Assembly (NCBI GenBank): GCA_036785375.1
Contig: JAWMAR010000087.1
Span: forward strand, 3,720,001-3,784,000
Reading direction: 5' to 3'
From: Leucoraja ocellata
Taxonomy: Eukaryota
Length of the DNA: 64,000 nucleotides
Shown here: positions 24,508 through 36,314 of the stretch, in pieces
How positions within the stretch are numbered: the first letter of the stretch is position 1
Layout: every line of letters begins with the position of its first letter
Made by a program: the position numbers and the translations under genes
The notes under the pieces: generated by a model
Told to the model about the DNA's origin: nothing
Database searches by the model: none
What the model saw: only the letters and a program-made list of their open reading frames with translations

Positions 24508-26712
24508 AAGCGGGATTTGAACCTTCCGGTCGCCAGCCAAACTCTTAGCCCATTGTGCTATCTGTCATCCCACCGCTTTAACAATCTTGACCATCCCTTT
24601 TCATCTGCCTCACCTTGCATGTCGAGAGTACCCAACTTTGTCACTCATACAGGGAAATGCGAAGTAGAAAATGTATTGAAGGGCCTTCAACTCAAGTTCA
24701 ATTGATTGAACTTTATCATGATGGATTGGCAAGCCGACAACTCAGCCAACGTGGAAATTGATACGTGTCAATGTTCATCGACATGTAAAACAAATTGGGG
24801 CAAATGGGAACTCAACTATCACTATTCGATAGAGAAGTTAGATTCATTTCCGTTTGGAATGTGGGAAAATTAATGCCATTTAATTTTTACATTGTCCCTC
24901 TGTATAAAACAGCATGCCTCTGATTCTGAGATAAAGATATGATGAACAAGATGGGTCCAATGTAGGAAGGAGGGGGATAAAAATCACAGGGATTTTGGAG
25001 AGGCATTGAAGGAATGAGTAATAAAATACATTATTAAAGCTTCTAAAATTATAAAATACTAAGATGCTTTTCATCTTAATCTGAATAAGGCTGACCTCTT
25101 CCTTCTGCATCCCCCCCTCACAAGTTCTTGGAGCAGAATTAGGCCATTCGGCCCATCAAGTCTACTCCGTCATTCAATCATGGCTAATCTATCTTCCCCT
25201 CTCAACCTCATTCTCCTGCCTTCTCTCCATAATCCCCGACACCCATACTAATCAAGAATCTATCAATCTGCCAACACACAATGGATCCCACATACCCTAA
25301 CCTTCTGGACTGGTAACCTGGGTGAGATATTGTCATCAACAAAAAACATGCATTGGTCAATTTTCTTTATCACCTCCTCAACAATTACACTTATGAGTCT
25401 GGGCCTGTTGGAGAGGCGGTGAGCGTTGGTGCTGCTCCTTGCGGCGGCAATGGCGTCTGAAGAAGGGTCTCAACCCAAAACATCACCCATTTCTTCTCTG
25501 CAGAGATGCTGCCAGTCCCGCTGAGTTCCTCCAGCCAATCACATTTATGAGATTGGAACAAAATGCTGGAGTAACTCAGCAGGTCAGGTAACATCTCCAG
25601 AGATGTTGCCTGACCCGCTGAGTTACTCCAGCATTTTGTTCCTATCTCACGAACGAGCATCTGCAGTTCCTTCCTACACACTTTGAGGTAGGATTTAGTT
25701 TACACAAAATTATAATGACACCCCTTCACCAGACCCTTCCCTTTCAAGTATGCATAAATCTCATCTCTTCCACTTTTGTGGTCCCGACAATTTCCATACC
25801 ATTCCTAGCTTTTGTTTCTTAACATGTCCCTCATATCCTTTTTGAATAAGGCAACATTTCCTACCCAATATTCTCACGAAAGCAAGAGCAACGAGCTGCT
25901 GTAGCATTGCTAACCAATGGCAGCCCTTTCTAGCATGTGCAAGCCAATAAATAACGTGTTTGGGAAACCACCCACTAACACTGACCTACGGGATGTCTTT
26001 CAGGCATTTGATCCACAGACCTTGATTAGAAAATAAGAGAGACCTGCATTTCTTTCAGACAGTTCGAGCAGAAGCTACAAGAAACAGGGAAGCATTAAAG
26101 AGCTCGGCAGGGGAAGGTATTAGAATTCGCAACAACTAGGAAAAAATAAAGCCTGACAATTTGCAACCTCAAAATACCCTCAGTTCTGAAGCAGAAATCT
26201 AAAACTAGAACAAGCAACGACAGGCATATAAAAACACAAGACTAGAGCTTTATTTCAAGGAAACAACTGGATATCTGCTAAAATTATTATTGTCATCATT
26301 AGAGACAGGGATTGGGACGGATCCACAATTAACTGCACAGAAAAATGGCGATTTCATTTACTTACAGAGAATTGCAGGGAAGTTTGGGGTTAGGGGCCAA
26401 ATCATCAAGCAAACTGCTTGAAAGGCATATCAAATTACTAACAAAATCAGTGCAAGACATTTAATTAGAACATTGTCATTTCCACTTGACCAGAAAATGG
26501 GGAAGACACGAAGAAATATTGTTGTCAATGCCAATTTAAAACAAAAGTTTGCAAATAGCTCAGGATGCGATAAAAAAAGTTATGTTTTGCACAAAATAAC
26601 GGCGATTTGCAAAATATGCTGCTTGCTGTCGGGGGGGTGAGAAGATCTCTAACGGTTTTATATTTCTCTGGCTACTCCCTCCCTTGCTCGCTCGCCTCTG
26701 CTGTCAGTTTAC

Positions 26713-26784
26713 CTTGCGTCTGAGAGCTGTTCTGAGGATGGCTGCTACCTTGCGTCTGAGAGCTGTTCTGAGGATGGCTGCCAT
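26713..26784 (-). CDS. ALDH6A1: ALDH6A1 exon 1 coding part, containing a 36-bp tandem duplication
   Basis: ATG at 26784-26782 in gtcATGG context; MAAILRTALRRKVAAILRTALRRK then donor GTAAAC; Arg-rich, no acidic residues; sits at the CpG-island edge. Confidence 0.88.
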
Positions 26785-27267
26785 GACTAAGCCAACAACC
26801 ACAACACACCAGCCGGCCAAGAGCGAAGAGTCGACCGAGCGTCGAGTATGCAATTGCCGAGCGTCGACCCTCCTCCTCCTCCAGCTGAGGGCGGTCCCGC
26901 CTCTGGCGCTCTCCGCCCCGCCCCTCCGGCGGTAGGCGGGCCCGTCACTGGCCCCGCCCCACTCACACAACGCCCAATCACCCAGCACGTCGCCGCGACG
27001 TCAAACCCTTCTCCCCTCACCCATTGGCCAACGCCCACGTCAATCAAACCCGCAGGCGCGGGGGGGGGGTGGGTGGTAGGGGGAAAACGGTCTCGCGAGT
27101 CTTAGAAAGGGAGTAATTTTAAAAGAGTAAATCCAACGAGGCGATATTTTCCATCTCCTCGCGTTTCTTGTGGGGAATGAGGAATTATTTTTGTAACTGG
27201 AAGCCGCAGTGAGGCGGCGGTTATGTTCACGCTGGTGAGGCGGGGGTCACGTGACCACGCTGGGAAG
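26785..27267. promoter_or_regulatory. Bidirectional CpG-island promoter shared by ALDH6A1 and LIN52
   Basis: About 480 bp between divergent ATGs; CpG-rich. Contains GC boxes (ccccgccc), CCAAT/ATTGG (~26974, ~27023), CRE-like ACGTCA (~26998, ~27037), TCTCGCGAG (27091-27099), palindromic E-box GGTCACGTGACC (27245-27256) and a YY1-like AAGATGGCG over the LIN52 ATG. Confidence 0.85.
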
Positions 27268-27286
27268 ATGGCGTCGCCGAGTGCGG
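27268..27286 (+). CDS. LIN52: LIN52 exon 1 coding part
   Basis: aagATG GCG TCG CCG AGT GCG G|gtaaat = MASPSA(G), similar to the mammalian MASPTDG start. Confidence 0.88.
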
Positions 27287-27687
27287 GTAAATTCTAATTT
27301 GCTTTACAGAGGGAGGAAGGAAGGAAGGGAGATGGAGAGTCGTCGGTCGGTCTGCTTCCCTGCTTCCCTCGCCCATATCACTGTCAGTGGGTAACCCGAG
27401 ACAAACAACAATCCAGTTTCTCTCGTGTCTGAAAATATCTGTCTTGAGGGATTTGACCCGAAATCAAACGTCACCCATTCCTTCTCTCCAGAGATGCCCC
27501 GTGACCTGCTCAGTTACTCCAGCTATTTGTATTCATCTTGTGTTTCTTTCGGTGTGTTGTTTCCCCGAGTAACCCCCCCAGGTCCGTGCAGCAAGGAACT
27601 GCACATGCTGGTTTACACCGGAGATAGACACAACATGCCGGAGTAACTCAGCGGGACAGCCAGCATCTCTGGAGAGAAGGAATGGGT

Positions 27688-27715
27688 GACGTTTCGGGTC
27701 CATACCCTTCTTCAG
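27688..27715 (-). ncRNA. Minimal type I hammerhead ribozyme motif
   Basis: Minus strand CUGAAGA-a-GGGU(AUGG)ACCC-GAAA-CGUC. Confidence 0.6.
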
Positions 27716-29291
27716 AGTGAGTCAGGGGAGAGGGAGACTGGAGATATGGAAGGGTATTGTGTGAAAACGACAGATCAAAGCAGACACCGATCAAGGAAAT
27801 GTTGAATGGATCATTGTGAGCTGAGGGGAAGATGACAAGGAGATATACAATCAGTAAAATTAATGAGGAGGACAGTGAAATTTATTGGGAGAACTAGGGA
27901 GGGAGGGGGGGAGGGAGTAAGCAAGCGTTACTTGAAGCTAGAAAAATCAATGTTCATTGTAGGAACGAACTGCAGATGCTGGTTTACACCGAAGGTAGAC
28001 TCAAAATGCTGGAGTCTGAAGTAGGGTCTCGACACAAATCGTTTCCCATCATCTTTTTCCAGAGATGCTGCTGTTACTCCAACAGTTTGTGATCATCCCC
28101 GGGTCAGCCCTGGGCGGGCGGACGGAAACTGTCAGCAGGGGCACCGCTTGACGAGTGAGGACGGTGACTTGGAAAAGTGGTGGCACAACTTGTGTCAGTC
28201 AACCTGGGCATTCATTCCTAGATACATGGAGCAGCAGATGCTGGTTAGAATTACAATGGAGCAGTCACAATTCAGTGTGAAGAAGGGTCCAGACCCGACA
28301 AGTCACCTATCCATGTTCTCCAGAGATGCTACCTGACACGCTGAGTTAATCCAGTACTTTGTGCCCTTTTTGAAGTGCCATTAATTCCCTCCACCTAGAG
28401 TGAGCTACTTCGAAGTAGACTTGTAATTTCAAGCACAAAGTGATATTGCTACTGGGAGTTCAGGGGTTCCCGACCCGACACATCGCCTATTCATTTCCAT
28501 GCCGAGATGCTGCCTGATCCGCTGAGCTTTTTAAATTTTTATATCCAAAAATAATCTTTATTCAGAATAAATATTTCAGAATTCTATAAAATGTACAAAA
28601 CAACAAAACTACAAAATATCTTCTGACATTAGTATCTATACATTCATTAGAGTCGTATTTGGTAGTGTTCACAACTATCCTTAAGCCAAGCGCCCTTGCC
28701 ACTCTTGTTGGTCCTCTGTTGAGTTACTCCAGCACTTTACCTTTGCTCCATATTCCAGCATCTGCAGTTCCTTATCTCTCTACTTTTTATTGCCTCCTGT
28801 CTCAATGATTGATCAGAAACTAAATGGATTATTTAAAGTGCGGTGAAGTTTAACCTGTTTATGGTGGTGCGATGATTTTGATAATCACAAACGTGGATAA
28901 ATAGAGGGTCACTATTTTCACTAGATGATTCAGAGATCAGGCATTTTGGGGGGGGACTTCTGTACTGTGGTTCTGAAGAACTTGGATAGATGATGTTTTT
29001 GTTCAGGATCCACTTTTGCTGCAGACCATAAGAGCTAAATTATTATTACATCTTTCAAAGTTTTTCCATCAATCTAATATTTGTCTTCTGACAATCAAGT
29101 ATCAGATTTCGAAAGGGATCAGTGGTCACAAATAGGTATAACAGTATGAATGCATCAACTACACATTCATTAGTGTCATATTTGGAATGATTTATTCAAC
29201 ATGATTTGAATACATTATTCTGCATTTGTCAGATGTTTAGTGGCACTGTGCAACCAAAGTATGACCAGTTATTCTGCTTCTATACCATCAG

Positions 29292-29366
29292 GTGCAGACT
29301 TGGAAGAGTCGTTGCTGAGTTTCGAGAAACTAGACCGAGCTTCACCAGATTTATGGCCAGAACAAA
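29292..29366 (+). CDS. LIN52: LIN52 exon 2
   Basis: (G)ADLEESLLSFEKLDRASPDLWPEQ; includes the LxSxExL pocket-protein-binding motif and the DYRK1A RASP site; 75 nt. Confidence 0.97.
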
Positions 29367-29749
29367 GTAAGATGATTTGATCACACAGTGATAATGGTTG
29401 TATAAAGAGGCAGACTCGGTATCAATATTTAACAGGTAATAATGCTATATGTTGACTATAAATAAACTTTATGTGGAAGAACAAAGGGAGTTCACAGCAG
29501 CATCACGTGATGTCATTGTATCATTAGAGGAATTGACAAAACATACACTGAACACCAAGTCAGATTCACAGCAAGTTAATTTCTGGGTATCTCCCAGAAA
29601 TTCCCAAATCAGATTTGTTCCCTTTACGATTCCCCCCCCCCCCCCCCCCCCCAGCCTACACGACAATGGAGGAATGACAGCAGCGGTAACAGTGAAAACT
29701 GTCGGCCCTGAGGGAGGCCACTGGTTGTAATTTCAAAATTGGCAGGAAT

Positions 29750-30105
29750 TGGGGACCTTCGTAGATATCCTAAAAACCATGTCCCACGGTATGAGATCAT
29801 TCCCAGAGCTCTCCCAAGTTTTCCCTAATTCGAACTCGAAGATTTATAGTAATGGGCACTTGTCAGTACTCGGGGCTCTCGTGGACATTTTTCAACATGT
29901 TGAAAAATCTTCACGAGTCTTCCCGTGCTTATCTGACGTTAGCAAGTCTTCCCGAGTACCTGCCGTTAGCGTTACGAGCCGCTAAGAGACGTCCCCGAGC
30001 TCCGACGTATCCGCTAAGTTCACTCTCCGTGCTTACCACGAGTTTGATTTTTTTTTAAACTCGGGAGAGCTCTTTGAATGAACTCGTACTGTGTGGCAGG
30101 GCTAT
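29750..30105. mobile_element. Degenerate MITE related to 20784-21208
   Basis: Shares the TTTTCAACATGTTGAAAA palindrome; its right end gtgtggcagggctatta resembles gtgggacaggccctta. Confidence 0.5.
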
Positions 30106-30185
30106 TACTACACACAGCACATCAGACATGAATTGTGGAGACACAAGCAGAATTTGCCCATTCAAAGTGGCAACATAGATAGACG

Positions 30186-30481
30186 GGGCAGCACAGTGGT
30201 GCAGGGGTAGAGTTGCTGCCTTGCAGCGCCAGAGATGCGGATTTGATTCTGACTGCGGGTGCTATCTGTATGGAGTTTGCATGTGTGATTGCGTGGGTTT
30301 TCTCCGGGTGCTCCTGGAGATCCGGTTTCCCCCCCCCCACAACTCCAAAGTTTGTAGGTTAATTAGCTTTGGTGAAATTGTAAATTGTCCCTAATGTGTA
30401 GGATAGTGCTAGTGTAAGGGGTGGTCGCTGGCCGCAAGGACCCTGTGGGCCGAAGGGCCTGTTTCCACACTGTATCTCTAA
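30186..30481 (+). mobile_element. V-SINE-like element
   Basis: Same head, body and tail as 13778-14075. Confidence 0.8.
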
Positions 30482-31941
30482 GGTCCAAAAGTCAGTGTGG
30501 GGATGCTGCCATGCCATCATTGGGCTTGCAGCATGGTGCTGCCTTCACTGCCTGTCTGGCTTTCTCACTTTGCCTGATTGGCCACCTGTACACCAAGAGA
30601 AAAGGAGATGAGCACACAGGAGCAAGAGTCAGGGAGATCAACTTTGCCACAGCCAGCCAGGGCATGAACAGGGCAAAGACCCCAGTTGCCATTTGGTACT
30701 TACTGCCATGCTCCTGTGCCTGGCCCTGGCCCATAACCCAAAGCTGAAGGCTAGAAGCATCAGCTGCTATCCTAGGTGGATACCAAACTGCTGGTAAATA
30801 TCTGACTTTGTACTGTAATAAAAATTGAAATTAACTATTGGGTAATTTGTATCTAAATATGATGTTCATATCCTTTATCGAATACACTGCAGAGTCTCCG
30901 CATCTCTTCTATTCCAGAAGTCATTTGGATGGCACAGGGCAGTTGCATACACAGAAGCACGATAGATTTTCAAAAGATAAATCTGCCACAATTTAGTTCA
31001 TATTGTATCAATGACCTTTAAAACATTACGCTATAAGATTAGAACATACAGACATATTTGACATTCTTTTCTTATGGTTGCTGCATTGAAGGGAGAGTAA
31101 AACTCCAATAATCCAACATGCTTTGGACTGGACGTGCACATTTTCTGGACTATTGGATATTATTCCTTTTTCTACACTTCACACTTTAAATTTATTTTTA
31201 ACGTCATCATTACACAATATTATAATTTTTTCCAGCGAACCAGTGAAGTTTAAAGGATGCTCTTGAAAAGGGACCCTGTGTGTTTAGCAGAGCCAGGACT
31301 TGGGTCCCAGTGTGGTTCAAAGGGATGTGGGAACTGGGGCTCGAACGAGTTTAGCAGGAGTGAGGGTATGGGAGCTCCACTGAGTTTTAAAGGAGTATGA
31401 GAACTGGGCCTCGATGAATTTTAGAGGAGCACGGAAACCGAAACCCTGGTGGGGTTCATGGAAGTATGAGAACGGCTCTCAGACTTTCTAGGGAGCACAT
31501 GAACTGAGGCTTCATTGTCTGAGGAGAACGTGGGGAACCATCACATGCGCCAAATGCCCAACCGCTACAAATTGCAGACTAATGAAATTTTACTGGAGCT
31601 ATGAAGGAAAATATAGTGTATACACTGCTGATGCTTGTATAATTTTATAACAAGGCACTAAGTAGTTTTTTGTTGCATCAAAATTTGAGTCTGGAGTGTT
31701 AATGATGAAGTCTCCTCTCTCAGCTGGTGAAGTTTGTTTTGGGAGTTTGCGATGTGCATATAGGACCTGCTTTTAGGGTCTTTTTCAGACCAGAGATGGT
31801 TAATATTATACACTTAGAAAAAAACAACCACTGCCGAGGGATAACCTGCTATTACGGCTCAATTATTCAGTGATGGCGCTTCAAATGTTGACATATAAAA
31901 TATTACCCACATAAATGTTTATATCTCATTATCTCTTTCAG

Positions 31942-31979
31942 TGCCCGGAGTAGCTGAATTTGCAGCATCTTTCAAAAGT
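31942..31979 (+). CDS. LIN52: LIN52 exon 3
   Basis: (M)PGVAEFAASFKS; 38 nt; tttcag/gtaagt boundaries. Confidence 0.96.
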
Positions 31980-33289
31980 GTAAGTGCCTTTGTGCAATTT
32001 GATGTCCTGATAACTTAGAAGATATTGTGATTGTATTGCTGATATCTTATTATAGTTTTATACAAGTTGGAAGAATGTTAGTAAAATGATTAGTAAATAA
32101 TATCGTGGTGCGGTGGAAAATTGAATGTGCCATCTCTTTTCCATAAGGTGCAAATTCCCATTAAAGCAGAATTTTCTGCTTTCTTAAAATTATTGATGAG
32201 ATACTTTACCTAACTGTAGGTAGCTTTTACAATATTTAGATCCTATTACAAGATCTGTCATGACATCCCCGATTCTATAATTCATAGTGCAAGTATATAA
32301 CATTTGTCAGAAACAAATGCCTTTAATAAACTGAGCAGCAGGAAAATAGAATATAATTTCCATCATCACGTATATATAAAGCTTTGAATGAATGAATAAA
32401 TACTTTATTGGCACAGGTGACATGTCACAGTGACATTTTTTGTTTTGCATACCCAAGGTATGCAAATAGTCGCCATATAAAGGGCGCCAACAAAGTGACA
32501 AAGTATCCTGCGCCTATTGCAAATAATATGATAAGTTCTCATCTTCCCTGTCTGAAGAGGGATTCTGACACATCCTTTTTCTCCAGAGGTGCGACCCAAC
32601 CTGTTTACTCAAGCACTTTGTGTCTATCCATAGCAACTTCCATATTCTTTTAGCCCCACAATAAGGTTGTATCCTCCCCTTCCTGAACCTTGACATCAAT
32701 TGGCGAGTGCACTTGACCTTCATGGGTGCATGGGAACTTCCACCCCAGAGGTTGTCATGCTGTGGGATGGATGTGGTTAAGCTAGAAAGAGTGCAGAAAA
32801 GGCCAACAGGAATGTTGCCTGGACTGGCCAGCTCGAGTTATAAAGAGATTGGATAAGCTGGGGCTGCTTTCCCTGGAGCAAAGGAGGTTAGCGGGTGACC
32901 TTATCAAGGTTAAAAAAATTGCAAAAGGCATAGATGGGGTAGATAGTGTAAAACTGTAGGGCATAGATTTAAGGTATCAGTCAAGGTGGCGCAGCAGTGG
33001 AATTGCTGCTTTACAACAAAAATGCAGCACCGGAGGCCCGGGTTCAATCCCGACTACCGGCGCTATCTGTACAGAGTTTGTACGTTCTCCCTGTGACCCG
33101 CGTGGGTTTTCTCTGAGATCTTCGATTTCCTCCCACATTCCAAAGACGTACTGGTTTGTAGGGTAATTTGCTTGATTAATTGGCTTGATAAATGTAAAAA
33201 AATATTGTCGAGTATACAATTGTCCAACTTCCAGTATAGTCCCTGGTGGACTCTTCGGAAGGTACAAAGTGAATGGGGATTTGAGGGGC

Positions 33290-33465
33290 AGGCCACCAAA
33301 TTCAATTTCATACCATTTCAAGCAGAGTGCAGGCCACCAAATTCAATTTCATAGCATTTCAAGCAGAGTGCAGGCCACCAAATTCAATTTCATGGCATTT
33401 CAAACCGAGTGCAGGCCACCAAATTCAATTTCATAGCATTTCAAGCAGAGTGCAGGCCACCAAAT
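33290..33465. repeat. 41-bp tandem minisatellite (~4.3 copies)
   Basis: Unit caggccaccaaattcaatttcatagcatttcaagcagagtg, abutting copies with no spacers. Confidence 0.9.
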
Positions 33466-33792
33466 TGCCAAACAACTCATTGCATTGTCATTAAGGGCTA
33501 ACATAATTTATTGCAAGTACATGGCAGACTCACAGTTCAGTTGATTCACAGCTTAGAATCACAGTTGTGGACTCTCCCTCGCAACCTTCCTGAGTGACTG
33601 ACTCAAGTCCAGGCATCAGGGGTTTTATAGTATTAATTTATGAATTTAAAGTGAAATTGCGGTGGAAATTGAATGTGCCACCTCTTTTCCAAAACCAAAA
33701 GGACAGAAGTAAAAAGCTGCATTAAAGTGTATATTGTAAGATACTAGTATACATCAAGGCTAATTTACTTTTTTTTGTGTTTTTTTTTGTAG

Positions 33793-33859
33793 CCCATTAC
33801 CAGCTCTCCACCCAAATGGATGGCTAAACTTGAAATAGATGACATTGATATGCTGAAAG
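33793..33859 (+). CDS. LIN52: LIN52 exon 4
   Basis: PITSSPPKWMAKLEIDDIDMLK(E); 67 nt. Confidence 0.96.
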
Positions 33860-33942
33860 GTACTAATTATATTCGGATGATTTAGAATAGTACCAAGCCA
33901 CAGCACATTAATGCATGGTCTTATAAGAAGATTTAAAGAAGA

Positions 33943-34763
33943 CAAGACCCAGTGGGACCCGTTGGGTCCCGTCCCCTCAACGCCCGTTTGCAGGGGGAGN
34001 NNNNNNNNNNNNNNNNNNNNNNNNNNNNNNNNNNNNNNNNNNNNNNNNNNNNNNNNNNNNNNNNNNNNNNNNNNNNNNNNNNNNNNNNNNNNNNNNNNNN
34101 NNNNNNNNNNNNNNNNNNNNNNNNNNNNNNNNNNNNNNNNNNNNNNNNNCCCGACACACACACTAACCATCCCTCTTGATATCATTAACATTATTCATTC
34201 ACTTCCTTTACCCCATCCCCTGCCCAATCCACTCGTGCAGAGCCCCCATTTTGCAGGCACGGCTAGAGAGAGATGGGGACGCAGAGGCACAGAGAGGGAC
34301 ACAGATGCGCAGAGAATGACACAGAGGCGCAGAGAGGGCCACAGAGGCGGGGGGCGGTGGGGAGAGGAGCAGGGGAAAGAGGAGGGGGGGTGGGAGAGAG
34401 GCCCGGTGGGTGGGAGACAGGCCCGGGGGAGTGGGAGACAGGCCCGGGGGAGTGGGAGAGAGGCCTGGCAGCGTCTTTTGAATAATGGGGGGGAGGAGGG
34501 AGAGGTGGGGGGGGTGACATCAAGTGTAAAGTTTCTGGTGTCCAGCGTGCAAGACCGCAGGCGTGCAGATCCATTGTGACGTCATCAAAATTTTGTCTGG
34601 TTTTTGAACATTTTCAGTAATCTCGAGAAATAAAGCATGGAAAAGGCTATTTCGGACTCCACGGAAAAAATATCTTCTGGAATATGTAAACATTTTATCG
34701 AGAAGATGTGATTTATACACACACAAATCCACATGCAAGATGAGAGTTTTATGAGTATAGAGA
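33943..34763 (-). mobile_element. Non-autonomous Helitron (spans a gap)
   Basis: Minus strand: A|TCTCTATACTCATAAAACTCTC...GGGACCC-AAC-GGGTCCC-actgggt-CTTG|T. It shows a 5' TC, a 3' hairpin 11 nt from the end, an A/T insertion site and no TSD; the end is CTTG rather than CTAG. Confidence 0.75.
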
Positions 34764-34926
34764 TGTGTGGGCAAGTTTATTTCAAAGAGTGATGGGTGCC
34801 TGGAACGCACTGCCAGGGGTAGTGGTGGAGGGAAATACAATAGTGACATTTATGATGAGATTTAAACTGGGATTTCCCATCATGTCCCCCATGTTGTACG
34901 CTAATGAACGTTGGTCTTTATCACAG

Positions 34927-35010
34927 AGTTGGGAAGTCTCACAACCGCTAACTTAATGGAGAAAGTACGGGGGCTTCAGAATCTTGCGTATCAGCTGGGG
35001 CTCGATGAAT
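34927..35010 (+). CDS. LIN52: LIN52 exon 5 (final exon not found in the window)
   Basis: (E)LGSLTTANLMEKVRGLQNLAYQLGLDE(S); 84 nt; cag/gtaagt boundaries. Confidence 0.97.
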
Positions 35011-35332
35011 GTAAGTATACGACTTTGTTCTGCAACGTTGTAAAGACATAATCCAATACCTCCTGGCCATGAATATGTTAAATTGTCTTAAATATATGTG
35101 ATAGATTACAGACCACTTAAAAAGCTGCTGATTGTTCCTGCCCCCCAAACCCTTTACTTCTTTACATTACATTATTAATCCTCTTCTGCTCATTTGCTAT
35201 ATTTTCACATAGTTTTGTGCTGAGGAGTTTGTTATGACAATTTCAAATTTACCAGTTCTTTTTTGGAGTAGGGATGGCAACAGGTTTAATGCCATTTTTA
35301 AGATGTTGGTTAAAAAATGCAGAGGATCCTGT

Positions 35333-35620
35333 CTGGGAAATCTTTTAGGACCGAGATGAGGAAATAATTTTTCACACAGAGAGTGGTGAATCTCTGGAAT
35401 TCTCTGCCACAGAAGGTAGTTGAGGCCAGTTCATTGGCTATATTTAAGAGGGAGTTAAATGTGGCCCTTGTGGCTAAAGGGATCAGGGGGTATTGAGAGA
35501 AGGCAGGTACAGGATACCGAGTTGGATGATCAGCCATGATCATATTGAATGGTGGTGCAGGCTCGAAGGGCCGAATGGCCTACTCGTGCACCTATTTTCT
35601 ATGTTTGTATGTTTCTATGT
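35333..35620 (+). mobile_element. CR1 3' end
   Basis: Reverse complement of the 9515-9800 family, with a (tttctatg)n tail. Confidence 0.85.
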
Positions 35621-36314
35621 AAGTTGAAACGTTTTGTGAAGACAGTGTTGGTAGTATCTCTCCAGTGCTTTGACGTGCTTGCTTTAGATAGTCCGTGTGT
35701 CTGAAGCAGTCAGAAGGCTGATGGTCAAATATTGCGTGATAGACCATGAGTTTTGTGCCAGGTCCTGGTTTTCAATTATTCTTTTCCTCAGATGTTCCTC
35801 AGCTGAACAATGGAGGACCCGGCATGGGGGGGGGGGGAGGGAGGAGAGAGAACAAAAGTTGGGTATACAAGCAAATAATTCCACTATGCCGAGTCACATG
35901 TGACAAAGTATTCCATTCCATTCTAGTTTTCTTGTACCACAAAAGGTGGAGGCCCTTGTAAGGAAATCTTGAATCTGGGGTTCCCAGAAATCGCTCGTCC
36001 ACTGAAGTGAGTTTGGCCATGATCTGAATCATCAAATATATGAATTAGGTGGGGCAGAATGTGTGGCTATTTAGAATTAATCAGAATTTATTGGGAGCAA
36101 CCATATGCAGTCTGAAGAACGATCTCGACCCGATACGTCACCCATTCCTTCTCTCCAAAGATGCTGCCTGTCCTGCTGAGTAACCCCAGCATTTTGTGTT
36201 TATCTTCGGTATGAGTATGAATTTTTGCAGATTGCATCTTATTTTGAGATTTATGCAAAGTATTTCTGCTGGCTATAAAATAAAAATATATAAACTCGGA
36301 AATTATGAATTTAT

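Noticed and set aside
26785-26988. N-terminal extension of ALDH6A1 suggested by ORF 26704-26988
   Set aside because: It uses a non-ATG start in GC-rich promoter DNA, whereas the ATG at 26784 gives a normal presequence.
30421-30747. 108-aa ORF in a moderately GC-rich block
   Set aside because: It starts inside a SINE tail, and has no recognisable homology and no clear splice signals.
31335-31420. Similarity of ctggg(g/c)ctcga(t)gaat to the end of LIN52 exon 5
   Set aside because: Only about 15 bp inside a degenerate minisatellite, with no further homology.
33290-33465. CRISPR-like appearance of the 41-bp, 30-bp (52190-52880) and 20-bp (20900-20980) repeats
   Set aside because: The units abut with no unique spacers, there are no cas genes, and the DNA is vertebrate intron.
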